From Kiritimatiellia bacterium (GTDB lineage Bacteria; Verrucomicrobiota; Kiritimatiellia; RFP12; UBA3636): a stretch of 64,000 bases of DNA. Positions 28,471 to 37,207 of this stretch are shown piece after piece. How positions within the stretch are numbered: the stretch's first letter is position 1; every line of letters begins with the position of its first letter. The notes below the pieces were generated by a model, which worked only from the letters and a program-made list of their open reading frames with translations, made no database searches and had not been told where the DNA came from. The stretch is from positions 5,471-69,470 of the forward strand of contig JBMNOD010000005.1 in NCBI GenBank assembly GCA_050942875.1, given 5' to 3'. Both the position numbers and the translations under genes were made by a program.

Positions 28471-30384
28471 ATGCAGAGTTGCAAGCTTTCAGATTCTCTT
28501 GCCGTTTTTATGGATGCGTCTCAGGATGCGCGCTGTTATCGTCATGCTGTCGATGAAGCGTGTCGGTTGCTGGGGCGTCTTTCGGTTAAAACCGCTCGTG
28601 CGTCTGTTCCGGCGGTTGAAGGCGTTTTCAGTTTGCGGCTGGGTCTTGATGTGGCGTCGGTTCCCCCGGTTTCGATTCAGGGTGTTGTGCATGACGGTTT
28701 TCGTCTCGCGGTCAATGCCGATGGTGTGTCGATCGCGGCGGCATCGCCAAAAGGCGTGTTGAACGGCGTCTATGAATTGGCCGAGCGTCTCGGCTTCCTT
28801 TTCCTGCTGCCAGGCGAAAGCGGCGAATGGGCGCCGGCACAGTTGGCCGCGCTGCCCCTTGGCGAAACGCTCTTCAATCCCCGTTTCCCGTTCCGGGGTG
28901 TTTTTGCCCAACTGGAGGTTGCCAAGGATTATTCCGACGAGGAGTGGCTGCGCTTCTACGCCAAGCTCAAGTTCAATGCGACCCGGAGCAAGGCAAGTTG
29001 CCTCGACCTCGGCGAGGAGGTGGGCATTCGCATGGAGATTGGCGGACACGGGCTTTCCGAGCTTCTGCCGCGCAAACTGTTTGAAACGAATCCCGAATAT
29101 TTCCGCATGCTCCAGCCCGAGGATTTCAACGGGAAGCGCATGTCGGATTCGAACTTCTGCGTCACGAATCCCCAGGCGCGGGAAATCGTCAAAACCAACT
29201 TCCGCAAGTTGATTGATGAAACGTTGGGCGCGTATGCCATTCACGCCTGGGCCGATGATCTGCCGGGCGGCGGCTGGTGTCTTTGCTCCTCGTGCCGCGC
29301 CTTCTCCCCGTCGGACCAGTCGATGATCGCCATGCGTTTGCTGGCCGAGGTTGCGCGTGAATCGAAAACAGGGCTCCGCATCCCCGTTCTGGCCTATCAC
29401 GACACGATGTTCCCCGGCACGGCGGTTCCGCCCGCACCCGAGAATTTCTTGCTCTACGCTCCGCGCGAGCGTTGCTACGGTCATGCTTTGGACGATCCTT
29501 CCTGCGCTCGCAATGCGAGCTATTTCACCGCGTTGAAGCAGTGGATGGACGCGTTCGAGGGCGTTGATGATGCGCATACGTTCGAATACTACTTCGATCA
29601 GCTTTTGTTCCGCGGGATGCATCCGTTTTTGCCCGATGTCATTCTGCGCGACATGGCGGTTTATCACCAGCACGGCATTGAATCGCACTTGTCGCTTCAG
29701 GTGGGTGGGCCGGCCATTGCGCCGGAGTACAACATGCTCGTCTTCGCCAAGGCGCATTGGGATTCGGAGCTGACGTCGCAGGACGTCATTGCGCAGTTGG
29801 CAACATCCATCGATCCTGAAACTCCCGAGCCCTGGGAGCAGTTTTTCACGAAGCGAGCCGACGTGTTTGCCAAGGCCATGCGTTTCTGCGGACACGAGAC
29901 GGAGTGTTGCATCGACTATCGGTGGATGCCGGAGTCGGATGCGCCGTTTGTGCAGGAGATGGTCGAGACATATGCACAGGCTTCGCGCGAATTGGCGGCG
30001 GCAGCCGATGCGTTGGAGGCCCAAATGGCCGGGGCGTCCGGTCGCACGGCGGAACTGGCGACCAAGGAAGTCGCCCGTGCACGGTTTGAAAGCGCGGAGT
30101 TGATGGTCATGCACTATCAGCAGAATGCGATGATCCACATTGGACGATTCTTTGCTCAAGAAGACCAAGCGGCGCGCGAAAAGGGCGTTTGCCTCATGAA
30201 GCAGGCGATTGACGCGTTGAAAGTGTCGCGCGAAAAGGCGTTGGCTTTCGGGCTTGCTTTCGAAAACTGCTGGTACATCCGCAACGTCAACGATTGGCAG
30301 ACCCGCGAATATTCGGCGAAGGTGGCACGGCACGAGTCGTCGACGCAAGCGCCGCCGACCAAGGGGTTGGCGGCTAAACCTTGA
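28471..30384 (+). CDS. DUF4838-like putative glycoside hydrolase-related protein
   Basis: Start at ATG 28471. The N-terminal GH20b-like module has GVLNGVYELAERLGFLFLLPGE. The family assignment is from memory only. Confidence 0.45.
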   Translation: MQSCKLSDSLAVFMDASQDARCYRHAVDEACRLLGRLSVKTARASVPAVEGVFSLRLGLDVASVPPVSIQGVVHDGFRLAVNADGVSIAAASPKGVLNGVYELAERLGFLFLLPGESGEWAPAQLAALPLGETLFNPRFPFRGVFAQLEVAKDYSDEEWLRFYAKLKFNATRSKASCLDLGEEVGIRMEIGGHGLSELLPRKLFETNPEYFRMLQPEDFNGKRMSDSNFCVTNPQAREIVKTNFRKLIDETLGAYAIHAWADDLPGGGWCLCSSCRAFSPSDQSMIAMRLLAEVARESKTGLRIPVLAYHDTMFPGTAVPPAPENFLLYAPRERCYGHALDDPSCARNASYFTALKQWMDAFEGVDDAHTFEYYFDQLLFRGMHPFLPDVILRDMAVYHQHGIESHLSLQVGGPAIAPEYNMLVFAKAHWDSELTSQDVIAQLATSIDPETPEPWEQFFTKRADVFAKAMRFCGHETECCIDYRWMPESDAPFVQEMVETYAQASRELAAAADALEAQMAGASGRTAELATKEVARARFESAELMVMHYQQNAMIHIGRFFAQEDQAAREKGVCLMKQAIDALKVSREKALAFGLAFENCWYIRNVNDWQTREYSAKVARHESSTQAPPTKGLAAKP

Positions 30385-31657
30385 ACTTTTCGCGGCAGGC
30401 CCAGAGGCCGAGGGCGGGGTTGCTGATGAAGTAGATTTCCTCGCCGTCGGGCAGGGTGTTGAAGCCGTCGCGGAGGGCGTCGGGATTGTAGCGGGCGGCC
30501 ATGTCGGCGTAGGGGGCGGCGTTGAAGCCGACGGAACGAACCTCGTCGAGGCCGAGGCCGTCGCCGGGGCAGTAGGTGATCGAGAAGCGGCCTTCCGAGG
30601 AGCCGTGGATGAGGTGGGCCGCCGCGCCGAGGTTGGCGCGGAGGTCTTCGTTCTCCTCGACCGCCTTGAGCGTGGCGGGGGTGCCGCGGTAGCCGTACTT
30701 GCGGATGAGGGCGTCGATCTGCGGATCTTCGCCGAACTCCTTGAGCGCGGGCGCCAGCACGACCAGCTCGCCGCCGTCGGCGATTGCCAGCCGGGTGCGG
30801 TACACGGACTTGTTGCCGAGCCAGGTGCTTTGGAATTCAAGCGGGTCAAGGTAGACGACCACTTTTTTTGGCTCGCGATCGAGGACGATGACGTTGACTT
30901 GGCGCGCGAGCTTGCAAGCCGCTTCGTAGACCGCGGCGTCCTCGCCGGCGTAGTAGCCGCGGAGGTGCATCGCGCGCGTGGCGTAGTCCTGCTCGACGAC
31001 GGTGAGGATGTAGAGGATCGGCAGGTCGCCGAGGAAGCGCGCGACGGCCTCGTTGAAGAGCCGCCGCACCGGGGTGTCGGCCCTGCCGAGGATCATCTCC
31101 ATGTTGCAGACGGCGCCGAGGAAGTGCGACTTGTTGATGATGTCGCTGCCGCCCGCGCCCACGACGATGTTCTTCGTGTAGTTGGCCATGCCGACGACTT
31201 CGTGCGGGACGACCTGCCCCACGGAGAGGATCAGGTCGTAGCCGTCGTAGAGGCGCGTGCTGACCTCGACGCCGACGTCGTACGAGACCTTGCCGCCGGA
31301 GAGATCCGCGAGGAGCGCGCCGGGGAGGACGCCCTTGCGGACGATGCCGCGCCGCCAGTCGTGGACCTTGAAGGCGTCGAGCGGGATGGCGTCGCCGAAC
31401 ATCATCCGAAGCTGCGGCTCGGTCATGGCGTTGTGCGTGCCGAGCGTGGGCATGACGTCCACCTGCACGCCGGCCTCCACGAGCAAGGCGTAGGCCATGG
31501 CCGTGATCGGGCCGGCCTGGGAATTGAGCCGCGTGTGGTCGGGCGGGAGGATGAGCACGCGCCGGAGCGACGGGAGCCGCGGGGCGAGGGTCTGCTCGAC
31601 GAGGCTGCGGAGCTGTTCCCGCGAAATGGACAGCGTGGGGCCGGCGGATTGGATCAT
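30374..31657 (-). CDS. LarA-like (DUF2088) nickel-pincer-dependent 2-hydroxyacid racemase/epimerase family protein
   Basis: 427 aa. PPDHTRL, PTLGTHNAM and VVPHEVVGMANYTKNIVVG resemble the LarA His / (T/S)G(T/S)H / PH..AG....K motifs. Confidence 0.65.
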   Translation of the reverse strand: MIQSAGPTLSISREQLRSLVEQTLAPRLPSLRRVLILPPDHTRLNSQAGPITAMAYALLVEAGVQVDVMPTLGTHNAMTEPQLRMMFGDAIPLDAFKVHDWRRGIVRKGVLPGALLADLSGGKVSYDVGVEVSTRLYDGYDLILSVGQVVPHEVVGMANYTKNIVVGAGGSDIINKSHFLGAVCNMEMILGRADTPVRRLFNEAVARFLGDLPILYILTVVEQDYATRAMHLRGYYAGEDAAVYEAACKLARQVNVIVLDREPKKVVVYLDPLEFQSTWLGNKSVYRTRLAIADGGELVVLAPALKEFGEDPQIDALIRKYGYRGTPATLKAVEENEDLRANLGAAAHLIHGSSEGRFSITYCPGDGLGLDEVRSVGFNAAPYADMAARYNPDALRDGFNTLPDGEEIYFISNPALGLWACREKFKV

Positions 31658-31667
31658 GGCGTTGGCG

Positions 31668-33122
31668 CTAGACGATGTAGGTCGAGGCCGAGGTGTCGCC
31701 GCCGCGGCCCGTCCAGTTGGTGTGGAAGAATTCGCCGCGCGGCTTGTCGGTGCGTTCGTAGGTGTGCGCGCCGAAGTAGTCGCGCTGGGCCTGGAGCAGG
31801 TTCGCCGGCAGGCGGGCGCAGCGGTAGCCGTCGTAGTAGCTCAGGGCGGCGGAAATCGCCGGGACGGGGATGCCGGCCTGGACGGCGTGGCTCACGACGC
31901 GGCGCCAGCCGGTCTGGGCGCGCTTGACCTTGTCGGCGAAGAACGGGTCGAGCAGGAGGTTCGTCAGGTCGGGATTCGCGTCGAAGGCCTGCTTGATCTT
32001 GCCGAGGAAGGCGGAGCGGATGATGCAGCCTTCGCGCCACATCAGGGCGATGCCGCCGTAGTTGAGGTGCCAGCCGTAGGTCTTCGCCGCCGCGCGCATG
32101 AGCTGGTAGCCTTGCGCGTAGCTGACGAGCTTCGAGGCGTAGAGCGCCTGTTCGAGGTCGTCGATGAATTGTTTTTTGTCGCCCGCGAAGGCGGCGCCCC
32201 CGGGGCCGTCGAGCACGGCGGAGGCGGCGACGCGCTCGTCCTTGATGGCGGAGAGGCAGCGCGCGAACACGGCCTCGGCGATGAGCGTGAGCGGCATGCC
32301 CTCGTCGAGCGCCGTCGAGGCCGTCCATTTGCCGGTGCCTTTCTGTCCGGCGGCGTCGAGGATGACGTCCACGACGGCTTCGCCGGTCTCGCTCTTGTAG
32401 CCGAGGATGTCGCGGGTGATTTCGATGAGGTAGCTGTCGAGGTCGCCGGTGTTCCACTTGCCGAAGATGCCGCTCATTTCGTCGTTGGAGAGTCCCAGGC
32501 TGTCCTTCATGATGTGGTACACTTCGCAGATGAGCTGCATGTCGCCGTATTCGATGCCGTTGTGGACCATCTTGACGAAGTGTCCGGCGCCGCCTTCGCC
32601 GACCCACTCGCAGCAGGGCGAGCCGTCGGCGGTGTGCGCCGCGATCTTCTGGAAGATCGGCTTCACCTCGGGCCAGGCGGCGGGCGAGCCGCCCGGCATG
32701 ATGGAGGGGCCGAGGAGCGCGCCTTCCTCGCCGCCCGAGACGCCGGTGCCGACGTAGAGGAATCCTTTGCCTTCCACGTATTTGCAGCGGCGGATCGTGT
32801 CCGGGAAATGGCTGTTGCCGCCGTCGATGACGATGTCGCCGGGTTCGAGGTGGGGGAGGATCTGCTCGATGAAGTCGTCGACCGGCTGGCCGGCCTTGAC
32901 GAGCATCATCACCTTTCGCGGGCGCTTGAGGCTGGCGCAAAGCTCCTGGACGCTGTGGCAGCCGATGAACTTCCCGCCGGCGCCGCGGCCGGCGATGAAG
33001 GCGTCCACCTTCTCGACGGTGCGGTTGTACACGGCCACCGTGAAGCCCTTGCCTTCCATGTTGAGGACGAGGTTTTCGCCCATGACGGCCAATCCGATCA
33101 AGCCAATGTCTGCTTTCTTCAT
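31668..33122 (-). CDS. gnd: 6-phosphogluconate dehydrogenase (decarboxylating)
   Basis: IGLIGLAVMGENLVLNM, GGNSHF and GTGVSGGEEGA motifs, 484 aa. Confidence 0.92.
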   Translation of the reverse strand: MKKADIGLIGLAVMGENLVLNMEGKGFTVAVYNRTVEKVDAFIAGRGAGGKFIGCHSVQELCASLKRPRKVMMLVKAGQPVDDFIEQILPHLEPGDIVIDGGNSHFPDTIRRCKYVEGKGFLYVGTGVSGGEEGALLGPSIMPGGSPAAWPEVKPIFQKIAAHTADGSPCCEWVGEGGAGHFVKMVHNGIEYGDMQLICEVYHIMKDSLGLSNDEMSGIFGKWNTGDLDSYLIEITRDILGYKSETGEAVVDVILDAAGQKGTGKWTASTALDEGMPLTLIAEAVFARCLSAIKDERVAASAVLDGPGGAAFAGDKKQFIDDLEQALYASKLVSYAQGYQLMRAAAKTYGWHLNYGGIALMWREGCIIRSAFLGKIKQAFDANPDLTNLLLDPFFADKVKRAQTGWRRVVSHAVQAGIPVPAISAALSYYDGYRCARLPANLLQAQRDYFGAHTYERTDKPRGEFFHTNWTGRGGDTSASTYIV

Positions 33123-33138
33123 GTTTTCCTTTGAGTCG

Positions 33139-33258
33139 CTAGTCGCTAGGGGCTAGGGGCTAGTGAGATGATGAGTGTGGGAGTGATTGAAAATTTTAGG
33201 TCGACAAAGTTCACGACAAAGATCGCGACAAAGCTGCCCTGTGGGTCTAGCCGCTAGT
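33139..33258. repeat. Composite repeat: four 7-nt-phased CTAG (33139-33163), GTGAGAT-type heptamers, three 12-nt-phased CGACAAAG boxes (33202, 33214, 33226), two CTAG (33247, 33254)
   Basis: Read directly. It fills the kdgK-like/gnd spacer. Confidence 0.9.
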
Positions 33259-33259
33259 T

Positions 33260-34342
33260 TTACCGCTGGATGCGCGCGGAGGCGCCTTTGGCGACGGCCT
33301 TGACCTGGTCGAGGGTGGCCATGGTGGTGTCGCCGGGGTACGTGGTGAGCAGGGCGCCGTGCGCCCAGCCGAGGCGGACCGCCTCGTCCGGCGTCGCGCC
33401 GGTCAGCAGGCCGTGGAAGAGGCCGGCGGCGAAGCCGTCGCCGCCGCCGACGCGGTCGTACACGTCGAGCTCGCAGACGGGGGCCTGCGCCACCTCGCCG
33501 TTGATCCAGGCCACGGCGCTCCAACTGTGGCGGTTGGTGGAATGCACCTCGCGCAACGTCGTGGCGACGACCTTGACGTTGGGATGGATCTTCGTGACCT
33601 TGCCGATCATGCTGATGAAGGCGGAGGGGTCGAGGGACGACTTGGCCTCCACCTCGGGGCCGGGGATGCCGAGGCTCGTCTGCAGATCCTCTTCGTTGCC
33701 GACGAGCACGTCGACGTAGGGGAGGATCGTCTTCAGCGTCTTGACCGCCTGGGCGTTGCCGCCGAGGATGTTCCAGAGCTTGACGCGGTAGTTGAGGTCG
33801 AACGAGACGATGGCGCCGGATGCCTTGGCTGCCTTCATGCCGGCGGCGATGACCGCCGGGGTCGATTCGGACAGCGCCGCGAAGATGCCGCCGCTGTGGA
33901 ACCAGCGCACGCCCTCGGCGAAGATGGCGTCCCAGTCGAAGTCGTCCGCCTTGAGCTGCGCGGCGGCTTCGTTGCAGCGGTTGTAGAACACGACCGGGGC
34001 GCGGACGCCGCAGCCGCGGTCGCTGTAGACGGTGGCCATGTTGGGGCCGTGGACGCCGTCGTGCTTGAAGTGCTTGTAGTAGGGCTTCACGCCCATGGCG
34101 CGCACGCGCTCGGCGATGAGGTCGCCGAGCGGGTAGTCCACCATCGCGGTGGCGATGCCGGTCTTGTGGCCGAAGCAGTCCGCCAGGTTGGCGGCGACAT
34201 TGAACTCCCCGCCGCTGACATGGATGTCGCAGTGGCTGGCCTTGCGGAACGGAACCACGCCTGGATCGAGCCGATGGACCAAAGCCCCGAGGGAGAGAAA
34301 ATCAAGTGCGCCTTGCTTTTTAATCGTCATGCCGTAATTCAT
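33260..34342 (-). CDS. PfkB-family sugar kinase (2-dehydro-3-deoxygluconokinase-like)
   Basis: Start at ATG 34340-34342. GGEFNVAANL and the C-terminal DRVGGGDGFAAGLFHGLL motif are present. Confidence 0.7.
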   Translation of the reverse strand: MNYGMTIKKQGALDFLSLGALVHRLDPGVVPFRKASHCDIHVSGGEFNVAANLADCFGHKTGIATAMVDYPLGDLIAERVRAMGVKPYYKHFKHDGVHGPNMATVYSDRGCGVRAPVVFYNRCNEAAAQLKADDFDWDAIFAEGVRWFHSGGIFAALSESTPAVIAAGMKAAKASGAIVSFDLNYRVKLWNILGGNAQAVKTLKTILPYVDVLVGNEEDLQTSLGIPGPEVEAKSSLDPSAFISMIGKVTKIHPNVKVVATTLREVHSTNRHSWSAVAWINGEVAQAPVCELDVYDRVGGGDGFAAGLFHGLLTGATPDEAVRLGWAHGALLTTYPGDTTMATLDQVKAVAKGASARIQR

Positions 34343-34480
34343 CGTGTGCCTGTGTCTTTCTTGCTTTGTCCTGTTTTCGCGCCAATTCAGCGCTTCAGAC
34401 GTCCTCCGAGACGCCCGCCGATAGCAGGACTTCGACAGTCTCCGAGAATACCAAAACGGCCTTTGCTCGTCAACTGTTGG

Positions 34481-34525
34481 CAATCGGCCAGCGACAAAGC
34501 GACAAAGTTGTCTGCAGTTTACTAG
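34481..34525. repeat. Partial word-repeat module (CAATCGGCC, two CGACAAAG boxes at 34492 and 34500, CTAG at 34522)
   Basis: Read directly. Confidence 0.7.
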
Positions 34526-34662
34526 GGAGTGTTTGGGTTTTGGGGAGAGCCCTTTCTGAATCTTGCCCCATGAGTGACCAATCGGCTATACTTTGAACTG
34601 ACATTTTAAGGGGGGCCATTGTGACTGCACGTAAGTGAGATCAACATGCTGGAGAAATAAAC

Positions 34663-35739
34663 ATGAAAATGACAAAGAAAACCGCAGGGATTATTCTGAT
34701 TGGCATCAGCGCATTCGCGCTCGCGTTGGTGGTGAAGGCGGATGTCCCGATGCCCTCGAAGGAAAAGTTCAAGATCGTCGTGCTGGCCGGACAAAGCAAT
34801 ATGGCGGGACGCGGGACTCGCGACGCCGAGAGCGCCAAGCCGCATCCGCGCGTGTTGATGATGAACCGGGCGGGCGAGTGGGTGCCGTGCGTCGATCCCA
34901 TTCATTTCGATATTGCCAATTCCGGCGTCGGCCCCGGCAAGACGTTTGCCGAGGCGCTTGCTGAGAGCGATCCGACGATCACAGTCGGCGTTGTTCCTTG
35001 CGCGGTTGGCGGCTCGCCGATTTCGGTGTGGGAGCCGGGCAAGTCGTTCTACAAGGGCAAGACCGACTGGCATCCCTACGACGACTGCCTTGAGCGAACG
35101 AAGAAGGCGATGGAGCAGGGCACGTTGGCGGCGATCCTTTGGCATCAGGGCGAGTCGGATTGCAGTCGTAAAGGAGGCTATCTCTATCAAGTGCGCTTTC
35201 CACTGCTCGTTTTGCGTCTGCGCAAGGAATTCGATGCCGAGGGCGTCCCGCTTATTGTTGGCGGCCTTGCCCAAAAGAAAGTGTCGGGATTTTTTGGCAA
35301 AATCATTTCCAACTGCCAGACCCTGACGTGCGAGTATCTTTACGGTCCAGGTCGGTTTGTCCCCGCGAGGGCTGACTACTCTCTGCAACCGGATGGCATC
35401 CACTTTTCGACCAAGTCGCAGCGAGATTTCGGCAAACGATACTTTGAGGCCTTTGTCAACGTGAAAAAGGCGATGGCGGAGGATCCGCAATACTGGAAGA
35501 AGCTCACGCCGCCCGCCACGCTGGCGCCCAAGGGGTCTGTCCCCTATTTTGTGCTTGCAGTCGGCTGCCGCATCTGCTATTCTGCCCTCAAACGCCTGAA
35601 AAAGCGTCCAATTCGAACGAAAGAGGTGCATCATGAGAATGCCAAGAGTTCTTGCACAAGGAGAGGGAATTTACCACGTCATCAGCCGAATCTCCGGCCA
35701 GCGATTTCTGCTCGATGCCGAGGAGAAGCCTCGGCTTGA
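34663..35739 (+). CDS. Sialate O-acetylesterase-like (SASA/DUF303) carbohydrate esterase with atypical C-terminal tail
   Basis: Signal/TM start followed by LAGQSNMAGRG, GGSPISVW, WHQGESD and DGIHFS motifs. The last ~95 codons look non-native and overlap the RAYT gene by 107 nt. Confidence 0.6.
   Translation: MKMTKKTAGIILIGISAFALALVVKADVPMPSKEKFKIVVLAGQSNMAGRGTRDAESAKPHPRVLMMNRAGEWVPCVDPIHFDIANSGVGPGKTFAEALAESDPTITVGVVPCAVGGSPISVWEPGKSFYKGKTDWHPYDDCLERTKKAMEQGTLAAILWHQGESDCSRKGGYLYQVRFPLLVLRLRKEFDAEGVPLIVGGLAQKKVSGFFGKIISNCQTLTCEYLYGPGRFVPARADYSLQPDGIHFSTKSQRDFGKRYFEAFVNVKKAMAEDPQYWKKLTPPATLAPKGSVPYFVLAVGCRICYSALKRLKKRPIRTKEVHHENAKSSCTRRGNLPRHQPNLRPAISARCRGEASA
35555..35583 (+). promoter_or_regulatory. 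Candidate promoter TTGCAG-17-TATTCT for the RAYT gene
   Basis: Lies inside the esterase ORF tail. AGAGGTG lies 5-7 nt before ATG 35633. Confidence 0.35.
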
Positions 35740-36676
35740 GTGGCTGATGAACGCCGCCGCTGGGTTTTCCGGCGTCGACATCCTTGCTTACGCCTTCATG
35801 GACAACCACTTCCACATTCTTGTGAAGGTGCCATTACCACAGCTTGTCGCCGACCAAGAGCTCTTTCGGCGCATGCGCCTGCTCTACGGCAAGAAGAAGA
35901 CGGACCGCATCTTGGCCGAATGGGATCTGTGGGAGAAGAAAGACATGGCGGGCAGGGTTGTCGATGCCAAGGCAGCGTTGCGGCGTCGCATGTACGATCT
36001 CTCACAGTTCTGCAAAACGTTCAAGGAAACGTTTTCGATGATGTACAACGACCGCCACGATCACAGCGGCACGATCTGGGGGTCGCGCTTCAAGAGCATC
36101 CTCCTCTCGCCCGACTACAGCACGATCATGACCGTCGCCGCCTACATCAACCTCAACCCCGTCCGTGCCGATGTGGTCGGGGATCCCGGCGAGTACCCGT
36201 GGTCGGGCTATGGCGCTGCAAGGCAAGGCAAAGGTTTTGCTCGCAAAGGCATGTGCAATCTCGTCGGCACGGCGCTTGGGCTTGGAAAAGACGTGCCGTT
36301 TGAGGTTGCGCTTGCTGCCTGCGATGCTGCATTGGAAGGGTATGTCGATGCTCCTGAATCGGTCGGCGACATCACGGCGAATGCTGCCAAGCGCGACCCC
36401 GACAACGAGTCGGAATTCGATGCCGCCAAGGTCGATGCGGCCATCAAGGAAGGCAAGTCGGTGTCGCTTTTCGAGGCGATACGTTGTAAAGTGCGCTACT
36501 TTAGCCATGGCGTTGCAGTCGGCCCGGCTTCGTTTGTGATTGAGATCGTCAGGCGCCTTGCGGCGGGGAAGGACACCAAGCGCAAGTGCGCCGGGTGTGA
36601 CGATTTGGAGCTCTACACGGCGCGACCTTTGCGTGGCGGCGACGAGCTGAGCGTGCCTAAAAGCCACATTGCTTAG
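35633..36676 (+). CDS. REP-associated tyrosine transposase (RAYT) / IS200-like Y1 HUH transposase
   Basis: N-terminal RVLAQGEGIYHVISR, HUH motif DNHFHILV, and the catalytic-Tyr region AAYINLNPVRADVV. No IS605-type tnpB partner is present. Confidence 0.75.
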   Translation: MRMPRVLAQGEGIYHVISRISGQRFLLDAEEKPRLEWLMNAAAGFSGVDILAYAFMDNHFHILVKVPLPQLVADQELFRRMRLLYGKKKTDRILAEWDLWEKKDMAGRVVDAKAALRRRMYDLSQFCKTFKETFSMMYNDRHDHSGTIWGSRFKSILLSPDYSTIMTVAAYINLNPVRADVVGDPGEYPWSGYGAARQGKGFARKGMCNLVGTALGLGKDVPFEVALAACDAALEGYVDAPESVGDITANAAKRDPDNESEFDAAKVDAAIKEGKSVSLFEAIRCKVRYFSHGVAVGPASFVIEIVRRLAAGKDTKRKCAGCDDLELYTARPLRGGDELSVPKSHIA

Positions 36677-36978
36677 CCTAAACGTCGCTCCTCCTAGTCG
36701 ACATCCTGAAAAATCAAGCAGTTAATGCTTTGAAACAGACCACAGAAGTGAGCTTCATCTTCTGCTGGGAAAATTTGCGTCTAAAGTCTGTTAAAAAGCC
36801 TTGATTTCACCAAAACGTCTCGAAATTCCGTCTCCAACAGCTCAACGCTCACGTTATTCAGCGCAAGGTAATGGAATCTCCGCTTCATGGAACTGAATTT
36901 CGACATGCATAGCCAAGACAATAGTAGCGAATGGCGTTTACGGAGCATTTTTTTGAAATGCCTTTGGGGTCTGTCCCC

Positions 36979-37018
36979 TATACAACCCTGTACCAATCAT
37001 ATACAACCCTGTACCAAT
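36979..37018. repeat. Direct repeat TATACAACCCTGTACCAAT x2 (21-nt period)
   Basis: Copies at 36979-36997 and 37000-37018, in AT-rich DNA downstream of the RAYT gene. Confidence 0.85.
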
Positions 37019-37020
37019 AC

Positions 37021-37066
37021 CCCGCCAGCCAGTAGCCAGCGCGTGCGCTGGCTACTGGCTGGCGGG
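37021..37066. repeat. 46-nt near-perfect palindrome (about 20-bp stem) containing GTAG/CTAC
   Basis: cccgccagccagtagccagcgc-gt-gcgctggctactggctggcggg. Confidence 0.9.
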
Positions 37067-37095
37067 GAGGGGATAAGCCTGGGTTTCACAAGCGG

Positions 37096-37124
37096 TTGAC
37101 AGGGGCGGCTCATTGGAATATAGT
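37096..37124 (+). promoter_or_regulatory. Sigma-70-type promoter TTGACA-17-TATAGT for the GH5 gene
   Basis: ttgaca at 37096-37101 and tatagt at 37119-37124. Confidence 0.5.
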
Positions 37125-37207
37125 AGAGTTCATGCCGTTTTCCGGGTCATATTGCAACGCCCCGCGAGTCGCGTGGGGTTAAATGGAGAGTCGTAGACTA
37201 TTAGACT

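Noticed and set aside
36781-36996. 71-aa ORF on the minus strand in the AT-rich DNA downstream of the RAYT gene.
   Set aside because: No motifs, no RBS, no compositional support, and it overlaps the 19-mer direct repeat. Possibly a gene remnant, but it cannot be supported.
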